DNA from: Ignisphaera sp. | Lineage (GTDB): Archaea; Thermoproteota; Thermoprotei_A; Sulfolobales; Ignisphaeraceae | Direction of reading: 5' to 3' | DNA: 58,341 nt | Assembly: GCA_038889075.1 (NCBI GenBank) | Contig: JAWAHS010000009.1 | Coordinates: 1 to 58,341 of the forward strand | Shown here: positions 1-8,703 of the stretch, piece by piece | Layout of the letters: each line of letters begins with the position of its first letter | Position numbering within the stretch: position 1 is the stretch's first letter | Made by a program: the position numbers and the translations under genes | The notes under the pieces: model-generated | The model's database searches: none | What the model was told of the DNA's origin: nothing | What the model saw: the letters and a program-made list of their open reading frames with translations, nothing else

Positions 1-171
1 CAAACAGTTACAACAACATCAGTAGTAACATCAACAGCAGTAACAACTAGAGTAGAAACAGTTACAACAACAAAGACTGAAACAGTAACAGACTGGACAA
101 TAACAACAGCACTAGCAATAGTACTACTAATAGTAGGAATAGCAATAGGATGGTTTATAAAAAGAAAATAG
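1..171 (+). CDS. 3' end of a secreted/surface protein: Thr-rich linker, C-terminal transmembrane anchor and basic tail (partial)
   Basis: Frame 1 reads QTVTTTSVVTSTAVTTRVETVTTTKTETVTDWTITTALAIVLLIVGIAIGWFIKRK*; not in the ORF track because the start lies outside the window. Confidence 0.85.
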   Translation, partial: QTVTTTSVVTSTAVTTRVETVTTTKTETVTDWTITTALAIVLLIVGIAIGWFIKRK

Positions 172-198
172 AATAGAAACATTTAACAAAAACATTTT

Positions 199-1023
199 TC
201 AACAAAACCTAAAAACAAATTTTTTCAAAACCTTACCGGTTATAATTATTGGACTATTCTTAGGAATGTTAAATATTTTTGTAAGGACTTCACATTTTGC
301 TCTAAATAGGTGCAAGGATTCTACCATTCCCATCTCTATGTTGGATTCTAGATTCGCTATTCCCTTAATTATTGCAAAACAGTCTTTTAGGTGGGCTACT
401 GGTGATATGTTACTTGGTGTAGTAATAATTTCTACGTTTAGATCTGCAACTCTATCTGCTATATCATGGTATGCTATATCTATTTCGTAGGGTTCCTTTC
501 TAACTGCTATTGCTATATTATAGCCATTCCTTACAAGGGTTTCTGCTAGAATAAAATCTATTTCGGCTTCGCCAGCATTATCTAAGACTATAACTATTTT
601 CTTATCTTTTGGTATCTCGGTGTATTCGTCTATTGCTGGCCTATCCCATATGGCTTTATCTAGTTCTATAGGTTCATAGCCTATGACGGAGGTATCTATA
701 ATATTTGCGGCTGCGGATATTTTTATTGCCTCGTGTAGATCCCAATTTCTTTCAGCTAGATATCTTCTTACTTTTTCAGCAACCTTCTTACCTATCTCGG
801 TTAGCTGTTTCTTCATATAGATGTATGGATCAGGGAAATCCGCTAGCATTTTTACATAGTTGTATGATTCTGCGAAGATCTCTGTTCTACTACCCTTTCT
901 GTCAAGTAGATCTGCAATATATCTAAGAAGCTTTGGCAACTCGCTACCTCTATTAAATGCTATTAGATCTTTTGACCTTGAATATACTAAGCAAAGTCGA
1001 CAGAGATTCTCATCTATTAACAA
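199..1023 (-). CDS. DUF89/ARMT1-like metal-dependent (damage-control) phosphatase
   Basis: N-terminal CxxC (CRLC), AANIID, LDNAGE and KGIANLE motifs typical of DUF89; overlaps serC stop. Confidence 0.8.
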   Translation of the reverse strand: MLIDENLCRLCLVYSRSKDLIAFNRGSELPKLLRYIADLLDRKGSRTEIFAESYNYVKMLADFPDPYIYMKKQLTEIGKKVAEKVRRYLAERNWDLHEAIKISAAANIIDTSVIGYEPIELDKAIWDRPAIDEYTEIPKDKKIVIVLDNAGEAEIDFILAETLVRNGYNIAIAVRKEPYEIDIAYHDIADRVADLNVEIITTPSNISPVAHLKDCFAIIKGIANLESNIEMGMVESLHLFRAKCEVLTKIFNIPKNSPIIITGKVLKKFVFRFC

Positions 1024-2038
1024 CTCTATTCACAACCTCTACCACTTTATTCAAATCATCTACAGTAATATCCCCCATAACGCCTATCCTTATCGACCTA
1101 TCCCTAATTTCACCCATACCACCAGCTATTACATAACCGTAGCGCTTTAATTCAGAAATTATCTCCTTTGACCTATCTGTATAGAATGCAGTAACCGTGT
1201 AGCTTCTAACAATGTATTTTCTTGGAATAGGTTCGAGCTCTATACCCTTGTAAAGAATTTCAGCCCGCTCTCTATGAATCTCGTGATATCTCTCTATACC
1301 GATGCTCAGTATGTAGTTGAGTGAAACAGTAAGACCATATATAACATTTATTGGTGGTGTGTATGGAGTCTCATTCCTAGAAAGCATTTTAAGATACTTC
1401 CTTAGAGCCATTGATGGAGGCACGTGGTTGTTGGACCTGGGTTCTCTAGAGATAAATAGTATAGCAGCACCGGGTGGCGCTAGGAATGCTTTTTGCGATG
1501 CTGTTGCAACAACATCTACCCTGCACCTTATCGGTTCAGCAGGTAGTGCTGATACGCTATCGATGAGCAGTACGGCTCCTATAGAATCAGCTACATTCTG
1601 TATTTTATCAATGTATCGATTTGTTACTCCAGTACTAGTCTCGTTGTGAACCATAGCTATAGCTGTTATATTGGGTATTCTTTTGCAGAGGTCCTCTACT
1701 ATGTCAGGCGGTGGGACGTCTCCGATATCCCATTTAATTCTATGTACCTTGGCACCCCTACTCTCTAGAGATTCAGCCAACCTTTCACTAAACTCTCCAT
1801 ATACTAGGACAGCAACATTTTCACCAGGGTTAACATAGTTATACACCATCATATCAACTGCGAAGGTTCCAGTACCAGGAGCTATAATTGGTGTACCGTA
1901 TGTTATCTTTGTCAGCTTATCGAGTACCTCTCTGAATATCTCTCTAAATTCGTCCGTTCTATGGAAGTGCGGTTGTCTAGCGATGGCCTTTATAACAGCT
2001 TCAGGGAGCTGTACAGGTCCTGGGGTCAAGTACTTCAT
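1010..2038 (-). CDS. serC: Class V PLP aminotransferase (archaeal phosphoserine / serine-pyruvate aminotransferase type)
   Basis: TPGP, VHNETSTG, DSVS, SQKAF (PLP Lys), TPYTP; coupled to serA. Start moved to ATG 2038 after a GTGA SD. Confidence 0.75.
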   Translation of the reverse strand: MKYLTPGPVQLPEAVIKAIARQPHFHRTDEFREIFREVLDKLTKITYGTPIIAPGTGTFAVDMMVYNYVNPGENVAVLVYGEFSERLAESLESRGAKVHRIKWDIGDVPPPDIVEDLCKRIPNITAIAMVHNETSTGVTNRYIDKIQNVADSIGAVLLIDSVSALPAEPIRCRVDVVATASQKAFLAPPGAAILFISREPRSNNHVPPSMALRKYLKMLSRNETPYTPPINVIYGLTVSLNYILSIGIERYHEIHRERAEILYKGIELEPIPRKYIVRSYTVTAFYTDRSKEIISELKRYGYVIAGGMGEIRDRSIRIGVMGDITVDDLNKVVEVVNRVVNR

Positions 2039-2955
2039 AACCACTTCACTGCATCGAGTATATTGTGTAGAAGTTCATCTGCTATTCTATCCATGGATTC
2101 CACAGTTTCTGCACCTATATGGGGAGTGACTATAACCTTGGGGTGGGCTATGAGTCGTCGGTATATCTCATCCCTCGGTGGTTCCTGCTCCATTACATCA
2201 AGGGCAACACCGCCCAGCCTGTCTAGATGTCTTATAAGGGCTCGTGCATTAACTACCTCTCCACGACTGGTATTGATTATTACAGCACCATCCTTCATAA
2301 GAGATAGCTCGTAGTCGTCTATCATGTGGTATGTAAGTGGTGTTAGAGGTACATGTAGTGTTACTATATCGCTTTCTTTTAAAAGCTCCTCAAAGTTCAC
2401 CTGCACACCCCCTAGCTCCCTAACATCCTTAGATACATCCCTTACATCGTGTACAAGAATGTTCATACCAAATATCTTTGCATATCTTGCAACTCTACTA
2501 CCAATTCTTCCAAAACCTACAATACCTAGATTTTTTCCATAGAGTTCTCTTCCAATGAAGATTCCTTTAGGCCACTCGCCTAGCTTAACTAGATTAATGT
2601 AGTTATAGATATTTCTAAAAACCACTATCATAAGACCTATTGTCAACTCAACAACACTTATACAGGATGCGTTTGGAGCGTTTACAACTGAAATACCCTT
2701 CTTAATCGCGTATTCAACATCAACATTGTCTAAACCAATTCCATATCTAGCTAGTACTCTTAGTCTTTCACCAGCGTCTATCACATCTTTATCGATTCTA
2801 AGCCTGCCTCTAAACACGAGGATACTATACTTGTTGATTATCTCTAGGAGATCACTCCTTTCCAGACCGGGTCTGTAGTCGACACCAAAGCCTCTTCTAC
2901 TAAGTTCGTTTAGAAGTTTTTCTGAAACTCTATCAATTATAAGTACATTTTGCAT
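2035..2955 (-). CDS. serA: D-3-phosphoglycerate dehydrogenase, short form without ACT domain
   Basis: GIGLDNVD, GFGRIG Rossmann motif, INTSRG, LDV, TPHIGA; adjacent aminotransferase. Confidence 0.8.
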   Translation of the reverse strand: MQNVLIIDRVSEKLLNELSRRGFGVDYRPGLERSDLLEIINKYSILVFRGRLRIDKDVIDAGERLRVLARYGIGLDNVDVEYAIKKGISVVNAPNASCISVVELTIGLMIVVFRNIYNYINLVKLGEWPKGIFIGRELYGKNLGIVGFGRIGSRVARYAKIFGMNILVHDVRDVSKDVRELGGVQVNFEELLKESDIVTLHVPLTPLTYHMIDDYELSLMKDGAVIINTSRGEVVNARALIRHLDRLGGVALDVMEQEPPRDEIYRRLIAHPKVIVTPHIGAETVESMDRIADELLHNILDAVKWL

Positions 2956-2963
2956 TCCGACAA
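2937..2963 (-). other. Candidate uORF M-S-E-C-K-M-Y-L overlapping the serA start
   Basis: GGTGG SD, 7 nt, then TTG TCG GAA TGC AAA ATG TAC TTA TAA; the serA ATG is in its -1 frame, 15 nt from the SD. Confidence 0.45.
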
Positions 2964-3003
2964 AGATCTACCACCAACATGTAGTAATTGGTACAGTGTT
3001 TGG

Positions 3004-3011
3004 TATATAAA
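3004..3011 (-). promoter_or_regulatory. TATA box of the serA operon
   Basis: TTTATATA about 30 nt upstream of the SD. Confidence 0.55.
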
Positions 3012-3225
3012 TCTAGCTGGTAAATACGATCTAAATAAGTTTAATGAGTATATATAGATTGGGTAGATTCCATATAGGTGCAGATTCCACATACCCTACA
3101 TTATAAATGCCACGCATTCACCATGATGACCATCCTAGAATTCGCACCATTAAACGATTAGATACTTATTTAAAGGCTGTACAACATATAGGAAAACAAC
3201 CATGTGGTGAAAGTGGTGTAGTGTT

Positions 3226-4536
3226 GTGGAGTTAGATGGGGGACAGTACTACAGGGATATATATCCATTTACAGATGTTCCACGATTTATAGTCGGTTCT
3301 AGGGAATTGAGTGAAAACGTAGGCAAGGTATATCTTACAGATACTACGCTTAGAGACGGTCAACAGGGCTGGAGAGTATTCACAGTTGAGGAGTGTGAGA
3401 AAATATATGAGCTTCTTGCTGATATAGGTGGCAAAGGTGCTATCGATAGTACCGAGGTATTTCTCTATACTGAAAAGGATAGAGAATCTGCCAAGAAGCT
3501 CCTAAGCTATGGGTATAAATACCCCAAAGTTATAGCATGGATACGAGCCACACTCTCAGATCTCCAGCTAGTTATCGATTCTAAAATAGATGAAGCCGTT
3601 ATACTCATGTCCATTTCGGACTATCATATAAGATACAAGTTCAATGCATCACGCGAAGAAGTCATTAGCAAGTATCTTGAAGTTGCTGAAAGGGCTCTGG
3701 GCCACGGGATAACGATTAGATGCTCTCTGGAAGATATAACTAGGGCAGATATAAATGGTTTGGTAATACCGTTTGTAAAGAAGCTTCTCACACTTGGTGA
3801 AAGGTACAGAGTGCCAATAAAGATAAAATTGCCAGACACACTCGGCCTCGGTCTACCATTTCCAGAGGTTCCGCTACCGAGAGGTATACCAGCAATAGTG
3901 CAGAGTATAAGGAGGGCTACAAATATACCACAGGAATACATAGAATTCCATGGACATAACGACTTTGGGCTAGTTGTAGCAAATCATCTAGCTGCATGGA
4001 TATATGGAGCTGCAGCAGCAAACTGTACGTTACTAGGTATTGGTGAAAGAGCTGGCAACTGTCCCCTCGAGGTCATGGCAATACACTATGCAGGATTAAG
4101 AGGGCAGAATAACATCAATTTAAAGGCTCTGCCAAGGATTGCAGAACTATTTGAACACATGGGCCATAGATTGATAGAGCACTATCCGATTGTCGGTAGG
4201 AATGCATTCAGAACAAAAGCAGGTATTCATGCAGATGGTCTTCTCAAGAATCCCGAGGTCTACCTTCCATTTGATCCAATTAAGGTAGTAGGTATACCCT
4301 ATTCGGTAGCTATAACACCGTACTCTGGCAGATCAGCAGTGCTGTTATGGCTTCGAAACTACCTTGGGCTAAACCATCTAAGTAAGGATGATCCACGGAT
4401 AAATTACATCTATAACGAAATTGTCGAGCTCTATAATAGGAGTGGTAGAACAGAGCCTCTAACGGATGGTGAAATGTTCTTAATTGTGGGCAAGTACTTT
4501 CCTGAGGTGAACAAGGCTAGGAAGGAGAGTAGCTAG
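3226..4536 (+). CDS. Re-citrate synthase-like DRE-TIM metallolyase (LeuA/homocitrate synthase superfamily)
   Basis: TDTTLRDGQQ (not RDGEQ), YRDIYPFTDVP N-terminus, WIRA, SDYHI, EDITRAD, HGHNDFG, GIGERAGN, resembling clostridial Re-citrate synthase as I recall it. Confidence 0.75.
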   Translation: MELDGGQYYRDIYPFTDVPRFIVGSRELSENVGKVYLTDTTLRDGQQGWRVFTVEECEKIYELLADIGGKGAIDSTEVFLYTEKDRESAKKLLSYGYKYPKVIAWIRATLSDLQLVIDSKIDEAVILMSISDYHIRYKFNASREEVISKYLEVAERALGHGITIRCSLEDITRADINGLVIPFVKKLLTLGERYRVPIKIKLPDTLGLGLPFPEVPLPRGIPAIVQSIRRATNIPQEYIEFHGHNDFGLVVANHLAAWIYGAAAANCTLLGIGERAGNCPLEVMAIHYAGLRGQNNINLKALPRIAELFEHMGHRLIEHYPIVGRNAFRTKAGIHADGLLKNPEVYLPFDPIKVVGIPYSVAITPYSGRSAVLLWLRNYLGLNHLSKDDPRINYIYNEIVELYNRSGRTEPLTDGEMFLIVGKYFPEVNKARKESS

Positions 4537-4590
4537 CCAACAATCTATTTTGTCGATTTATGTGGAGTAACCCCATTTTAGGGATAGGAA

Positions 4591-5844
4591 ATGGGTCTTA
4601 TAGACCGGATTGTATCGCAGGTATTGCAAAGGGATGTTACGCCGGGGGAGGTAGCTGTAGTTAGAATCGACTTGGTGTATGCTCAAGACGGCACGGCACC
4701 TCTTGTTATAGATGTTGTTGAAAATGAATTGAAGATGGAAAGCCTTGCTGCAGCGGATAGAGGCTACTTTTTCATAGATCACCTAGCACCAGCACCACAC
4801 ATACCGGCAGCCTCCGTACATAAAAAAATGAGAAACTTTGCTAGAAGATATGGTTTAAAGCTCTTCGATGCTGGGTATGGCATAAGCCATCAAATTGTTG
4901 TTGAAGAGGGTATAGCTAGACCAGGTATGGTTGCTGTAGGAGCCGATAGCCATACTCCAACAATCGGAGCCGTAGGAGTCTACGCAACCGGTGTTGGTAG
5001 CACCGATGCAGCTATTGCAATGGTGTACGGCGAACTCTGGCTAAGAATTCCAGAAACAGTAAAAATAGTTTTGACAGGAACCATCCCTAGGGGAATCTAT
5101 AGCAAGGACATAATACTGAATATAATAGGCGAATTTAAGACAGATGGTATGATTGGTAAAGCTGTAGAATTTCATGGAAATGTACTTACGGATTTATCAA
5201 TAGATTCGCGCATGACCATAACAAATATGTGTACTGAAATGGGTGCAGAATCAGCTATAATCCCAATTGATGGAGTTGCATTAAAATGGCTTAACGAACG
5301 GGGATATACGGTAGCGAGAAGGATTGATACAGAAAATCTTGGGGAGTACATCGATACAGTGTCAATTGATGTATCAAAGTTAGAGCCTACGGTTGCAGTA
5401 CCACCTGATGTAGATAATGTTGTAAGCGTAGATGAAGTTGAAGGTGTAGAAGTGGATCAGGTTTTCATAGGTTCTTGTACAAATGGTAGGTTAGAGGATA
5501 TAGAAGTGGTAGCTAGAATTTTAAAAAATAGGAGGGTTAGCGAGAGAACTAGATGCATCGTTGCTCCAGCCTCTAGAAGGGTATATATGGATGCTCTCAG
5601 AATGGGGTATATAGATATACTTATTCGATCAGGTTGTATAGTAGCTCCCCCAACCTGTGGACCCTGTGTTGGCGCTCACATGGGTATACTGGCAGAGGGT
5701 GAGGTAGCCATTGCTACAACCAATAGGAATTTCACCGGCAGAATGGGGCATAGAGAGAGCAAGGTGTATCTAGCATCGCCAGCTACAGCAGCTGCTTCTG
5801 CGATAGAGGGTAGAATAGCAGATCCAAGAAAATACCTCTCTTAG
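4591..5844 (+). CDS. LeuC/HacA-type (homo)aconitase / isopropylmalate isomerase large subunit
   Basis: QDGT, IDH, GADSHT, GSCTNGR, CGPCVG, TTNRNF; three 4Fe-4S cysteines. Confidence 0.9.
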   Translation: MGLIDRIVSQVLQRDVTPGEVAVVRIDLVYAQDGTAPLVIDVVENELKMESLAAADRGYFFIDHLAPAPHIPAASVHKKMRNFARRYGLKLFDAGYGISHQIVVEEGIARPGMVAVGADSHTPTIGAVGVYATGVGSTDAAIAMVYGELWLRIPETVKIVLTGTIPRGIYSKDIILNIIGEFKTDGMIGKAVEFHGNVLTDLSIDSRMTITNMCTEMGAESAIIPIDGVALKWLNERGYTVARRIDTENLGEYIDTVSIDVSKLEPTVAVPPDVDNVVSVDEVEGVEVDQVFIGSCTNGRLEDIEVVARILKNRRVSERTRCIVAPASRRVYMDALRMGYIDILIRSGCIVAPPTCGPCVGAHMGILAEGEVAIATTNRNFTGRMGHRESKVYLASPATAAASAIEGRIADPRKYLS

Positions 5845-5854
5845 GTGATGGAAT

Positions 5855-6376
5855 ATGATTAAACAGGGTAGATGCTGGAAACTGGGAGATAATATAAGTA
5901 CAGACCATATAATATCGGGTAAGTACAAGTTCGAGGCTATAAATGATATCAATAGAATGCTCGTGCATCTACTTGAGGAGGTTATACCAGAGTTCTATAA
6001 ATTAGTTAGACCAGGGGATATAATAGTTGCAGGGAGAAACTTTGGAAAGGGGTCTAGCAGGGAGCAGGCACCAAGACTTCTAAAGATGGCTGGAGTAGGA
6101 GCAGTTATTGCAAAGAGTTTTGCTCACATTTTCTATAGAAATTCAATAAATATTGGACTACCAGTTATAATAGCTAAAACAATCCCAGATGTAACACAGA
6201 ATGGCGATATCATAGAGATTAATTTGGTAGAGGGGTACGTGAAAAATATTACAAGGAATGTAGTGGAACCGATACACCCATATCCAAAATTCATCGAACA
6301 GCTCCTAAATGCAGGAGGTATAATTGAATACATAAAAAGATATGGGAGACCTCCATGGCGAGAAAGTACAGGGTAG
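5855..6376 (+). CDS. LeuD/HacB-type small subunit
   Basis: [35 protein letters not shown]. Confidence 0.9.
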   Translation: MIKQGRCWKLGDNISTDHIISGKYKFEAINDINRMLVHLLEEVIPEFYKLVRPGDIIVAGRNFGKGSSREQAPRLLKMAGVGAVIAKSFAHIFYRNSINIGLPVIIAKTIPDVTQNGDIIEINLVEGYVKNITRNVVEPIHPYPKFIEQLLNAGGIIEYIKRYGRPPWRESTG

Positions 6377-7383
6377 GCGTAGTAAAAGGTGATGGAATAG
6401 GTCCAGAAATAGTTGAGGCTACAATAGATATTCTCAATTCATTAGATCTGAATATCTCCTTCATAGAGCTAGAAGCAGGCTACGGCTACTACCAAAAAAC
6501 CGGCAGATCTATAGAAGAGAACTTCTTCGATAAGGTTAAGGAGCTCGACGCAATACTAAAAGGACCCCTCTATACACCACCCAATGTTAGGGAATTCAAA
6601 AGTGTAAATATTTTAATTAGAAGAGAGCTTGATCTATATGCTAATGTAAGACCCTTTAGAAGTTTTGAAGGAATTTCTCCCAGGAATTTCGATATTGTAC
6701 TTATTAGGGAAAATACTGAGGACGTCTATGTGGGGATTGAGGGAAGGTATAGGGATAAGGCTGTATCTCTAAGGATAATAACTGGTGAGGGTTCTAGAAG
6801 AATAGCAAAATTTGCCTTTAGATACGCTATTCAAAGGGGCTTCAATAGAGTTACAGTCATACACAAGGCAAACATTCTAAAGGAGACTGATGGACTATTT
6901 CGAGAAACCTTTTATATGGTTGCTAAAGAATATCCAAATGTTTTAGCAGATGAAATGATAGTCGATACTGCTGCATATACTATTGTTAGGAACCCTGAAA
7001 GATTACAGATACTCCTTGCACCCAATCTCTATGGCGATATATTAGCGGATCTCCTAGCAGGTATGGTTGGAAGCCTAGGTCTATGTGGTTCAGCTCAGAT
7101 AGGGGAAAATATTGCTGTATTTGAACCAGTACATGGTGTAGCTCTAGATATAGCTGGAAAGGGTATTGCAAATCCTATCGGTGAAATACTATCAGCTAAA
7201 ATGATGCTTGAATACATAGGACAGCGGTATAATGACGGTAAACTCATTAAAGTTTCTGAAAAGATTGAAGAAGCGGTACATATAGTAACTAGTAGGAGGA
7301 TATGGACGCCTGATTTGGGGGGAAGTAATAGAACGAATGATGTTGTAGAAGCAATAAAACGCACTCTTACAGAGTTGCTGTAA
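6355..7383 (+). CDS. Isocitrate/homoisocitrate dehydrogenase family enzyme, IDH-like
   Basis: [32 protein letters not shown] (S-x-N as in IDH), [24 protein letters not shown]. Confidence 0.85.
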   Translation: MARKYRVGVVKGDGIGPEIVEATIDILNSLDLNISFIELEAGYGYYQKTGRSIEENFFDKVKELDAILKGPLYTPPNVREFKSVNILIRRELDLYANVRPFRSFEGISPRNFDIVLIRENTEDVYVGIEGRYRDKAVSLRIITGEGSRRIAKFAFRYAIQRGFNRVTVIHKANILKETDGLFRETFYMVAKEYPNVLADEMIVDTAAYTIVRNPERLQILLAPNLYGDILADLLAGMVGSLGLCGSAQIGENIAVFEPVHGVALDIAGKGIANPIGEILSAKMMLEYIGQRYNDGKLIKVSEKIEEAVHIVTSRRIWTPDLGGSNRTNDVVEAIKRTLTELL

Positions 7384-7416
7384 TAGCTCTATGGCGCTGG
7401 GGGATTCATGGAAATA

Positions 7417-7424
7417 TTTTTAAA
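7417..7424 (+). promoter_or_regulatory. TATA box of thrC-ppcA
   Basis: TTTTTAAA preceded by GAAA, about 27 nt before the GGTGA SD at 7451. Confidence 0.55.
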
Positions 7425-7459
7425 CCGCAGACCTTAAGTAGTAGAGTTGTGGTGAACCT

Positions 7460-8683
7460 CTTGGAAACATAGGTAATTTAAATGAAGCAGTAACTAGAAG
7501 AATATTCAGAGAAGGGGTTCTCCTAAGATGCATACAGTGCGGATACACATACGATCCGGATCCATTCACAATAATATGTCCCAGATGTAGAGGATTACTA
7601 GAGGTGGTAATGCCTAGCATAACAGATTTTGATATGAAAACTGCTAGAATGAGAAGATTTGGTGTATGGAGGTATAGAGAGCTTCTGCCACTAAACGATA
7701 AAGTAACTCCGGTAACACTTAATGAAGGAGGGACGCCATTGATACCGCTGACGAGGGCTATCACTGGATCCTTTAGAGTTTATGTAAAGTTTGAAGGTGG
7801 CAATCCTACAGGGAGTTTTAAGGACAGAGGGATGACAGTAGGAGTAACGATAGCTAAGAGTATTGGTGTTGAAGGGGTTATTGTTGCAAGTACAGGTAAT
7901 ACAGCAGCATCTGCAGCAGCTTATGCAGCTAGAGCGGGTTTAAAGTGCATTGTTGTATTACCTAGGGGAGCTGTAGCCAAGGGTAAGGTAGCTCAGGCAC
8001 TACTACATGGAGCAGAAATTAGAGAAGTTGATGGTGTATTCGATGATGCATTGGAAGACGTATTTACAGAGGTGGTCATGAATGGTGGACGGAAACTGTA
8101 TCCACTAAATTCATATAATCCATGGCGCTTAGAAGGTCAGAAAACAATAGCATTTGAAATCGTTGATGAGCTCGGCTCCGCACCAGACACCGTAATCGTA
8201 CCAGTTGGCAACGCAGGTAATATATCCGCTATTTGGAAGGGATTCAAGGAGCTCTACAGCTATGGCTTAATAAACCGACTTCCTAGAATGATTGGCGTCC
8301 AAGCGACCGGTTCGGCTCCACTTGCAATAACATGGGAATCTAAAGTAGATAAACTCCATGTTATAGAGAATCCACAGACTATAGCTTCAGCTATAAGAAT
8401 TGGTAAACCTGTAAACTGGTTAAAGGCACTAAAGGCTGTTAAGGAGTCCAATGGTGCCTTCATAAAGGTGACAGACGATGAGATTCTGGCTGCAATGAGG
8501 ATGCTAGCTGTATTGGAAGGTATAGGTGTTGAACCGGCTAGTGCTGCATCGTTTGCAGGTTTTATAAAACTAGCTAATAGAGGTCTCATAGATAAAGATG
8601 AAGTTGTTGTTCTGATAGCAACAGGACATGCTCTGAAGGATCCAGATATAATACTCAGTAAAATTATTATAGGGGTGCCGTAG
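7460..8683 (+). CDS. thrC: Threonine synthase with N-terminal zinc ribbon; true start unresolved
   Basis: NPTGSFKDRG, ASTGNT, EGQKT, PVGNAGN. The frame is open from 7445 and encodes LRCIQCGYTY..CPRCRGLLEV upstream of the first NTG (7604). Confidence 0.9.
   Translation, partial: LGNIGNLNEAVTRRIFREGVLLRCIQCGYTYDPDPFTIICPRCRGLLEVVMPSITDFDMKTARMRRFGVWRYRELLPLNDKVTPVTLNEGGTPLIPLTRAITGSFRVYVKFEGGNPTGSFKDRGMTVGVTIAKSIGVEGVIVASTGNTAASAAAYAARAGLKCIVVLPRGAVAKGKVAQALLHGAEIREVDGVFDDALEDVFTEVVMNGGRKLYPLNSYNPWRLEGQKTIAFEIVDELGSAPDTVIVPVGNAGNISAIWKGFKELYSYGLINRLPRMIGVQATGSAPLAITWESKVDKLHVIENPQTIASAIRIGKPVNWLKALKAVKESNGAFIKVTDDEILAAMRMLAVLEGIGVEPASAASFAGFIKLANRGLIDKDEVVVLIATGHALKDPDIILSKIIIGVP
7461..7472 (+). 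other. Candidate uORF M-E-T in front of thrC
   Basis: GGTGA SD (7451-7455), 5 nt, then TTG GAA ACA TAG; the thrC frame is -1 relative to it. Confidence 0.55.
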
Positions 8684-8703
8684 GCTAATATAGAAGAAAA
8701 GAG

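Noticed and set aside
3202-3235. uORFs ATG TGG TGA and TTG TGG AGT TAG (main ORF again -1) before the citrate-synthase-like gene
   Set aside because: The in-frame GTG 3226 is itself at normal SD spacing and the uORFs have no pathway-cognate codon; this illustrates the chance background of the pattern
3226-7383. Plain leuABCD annotation
   Set aside because: Synthase and dehydrogenase specificity motifs fit citrate/isocitrate better, so leu symbols were withheld
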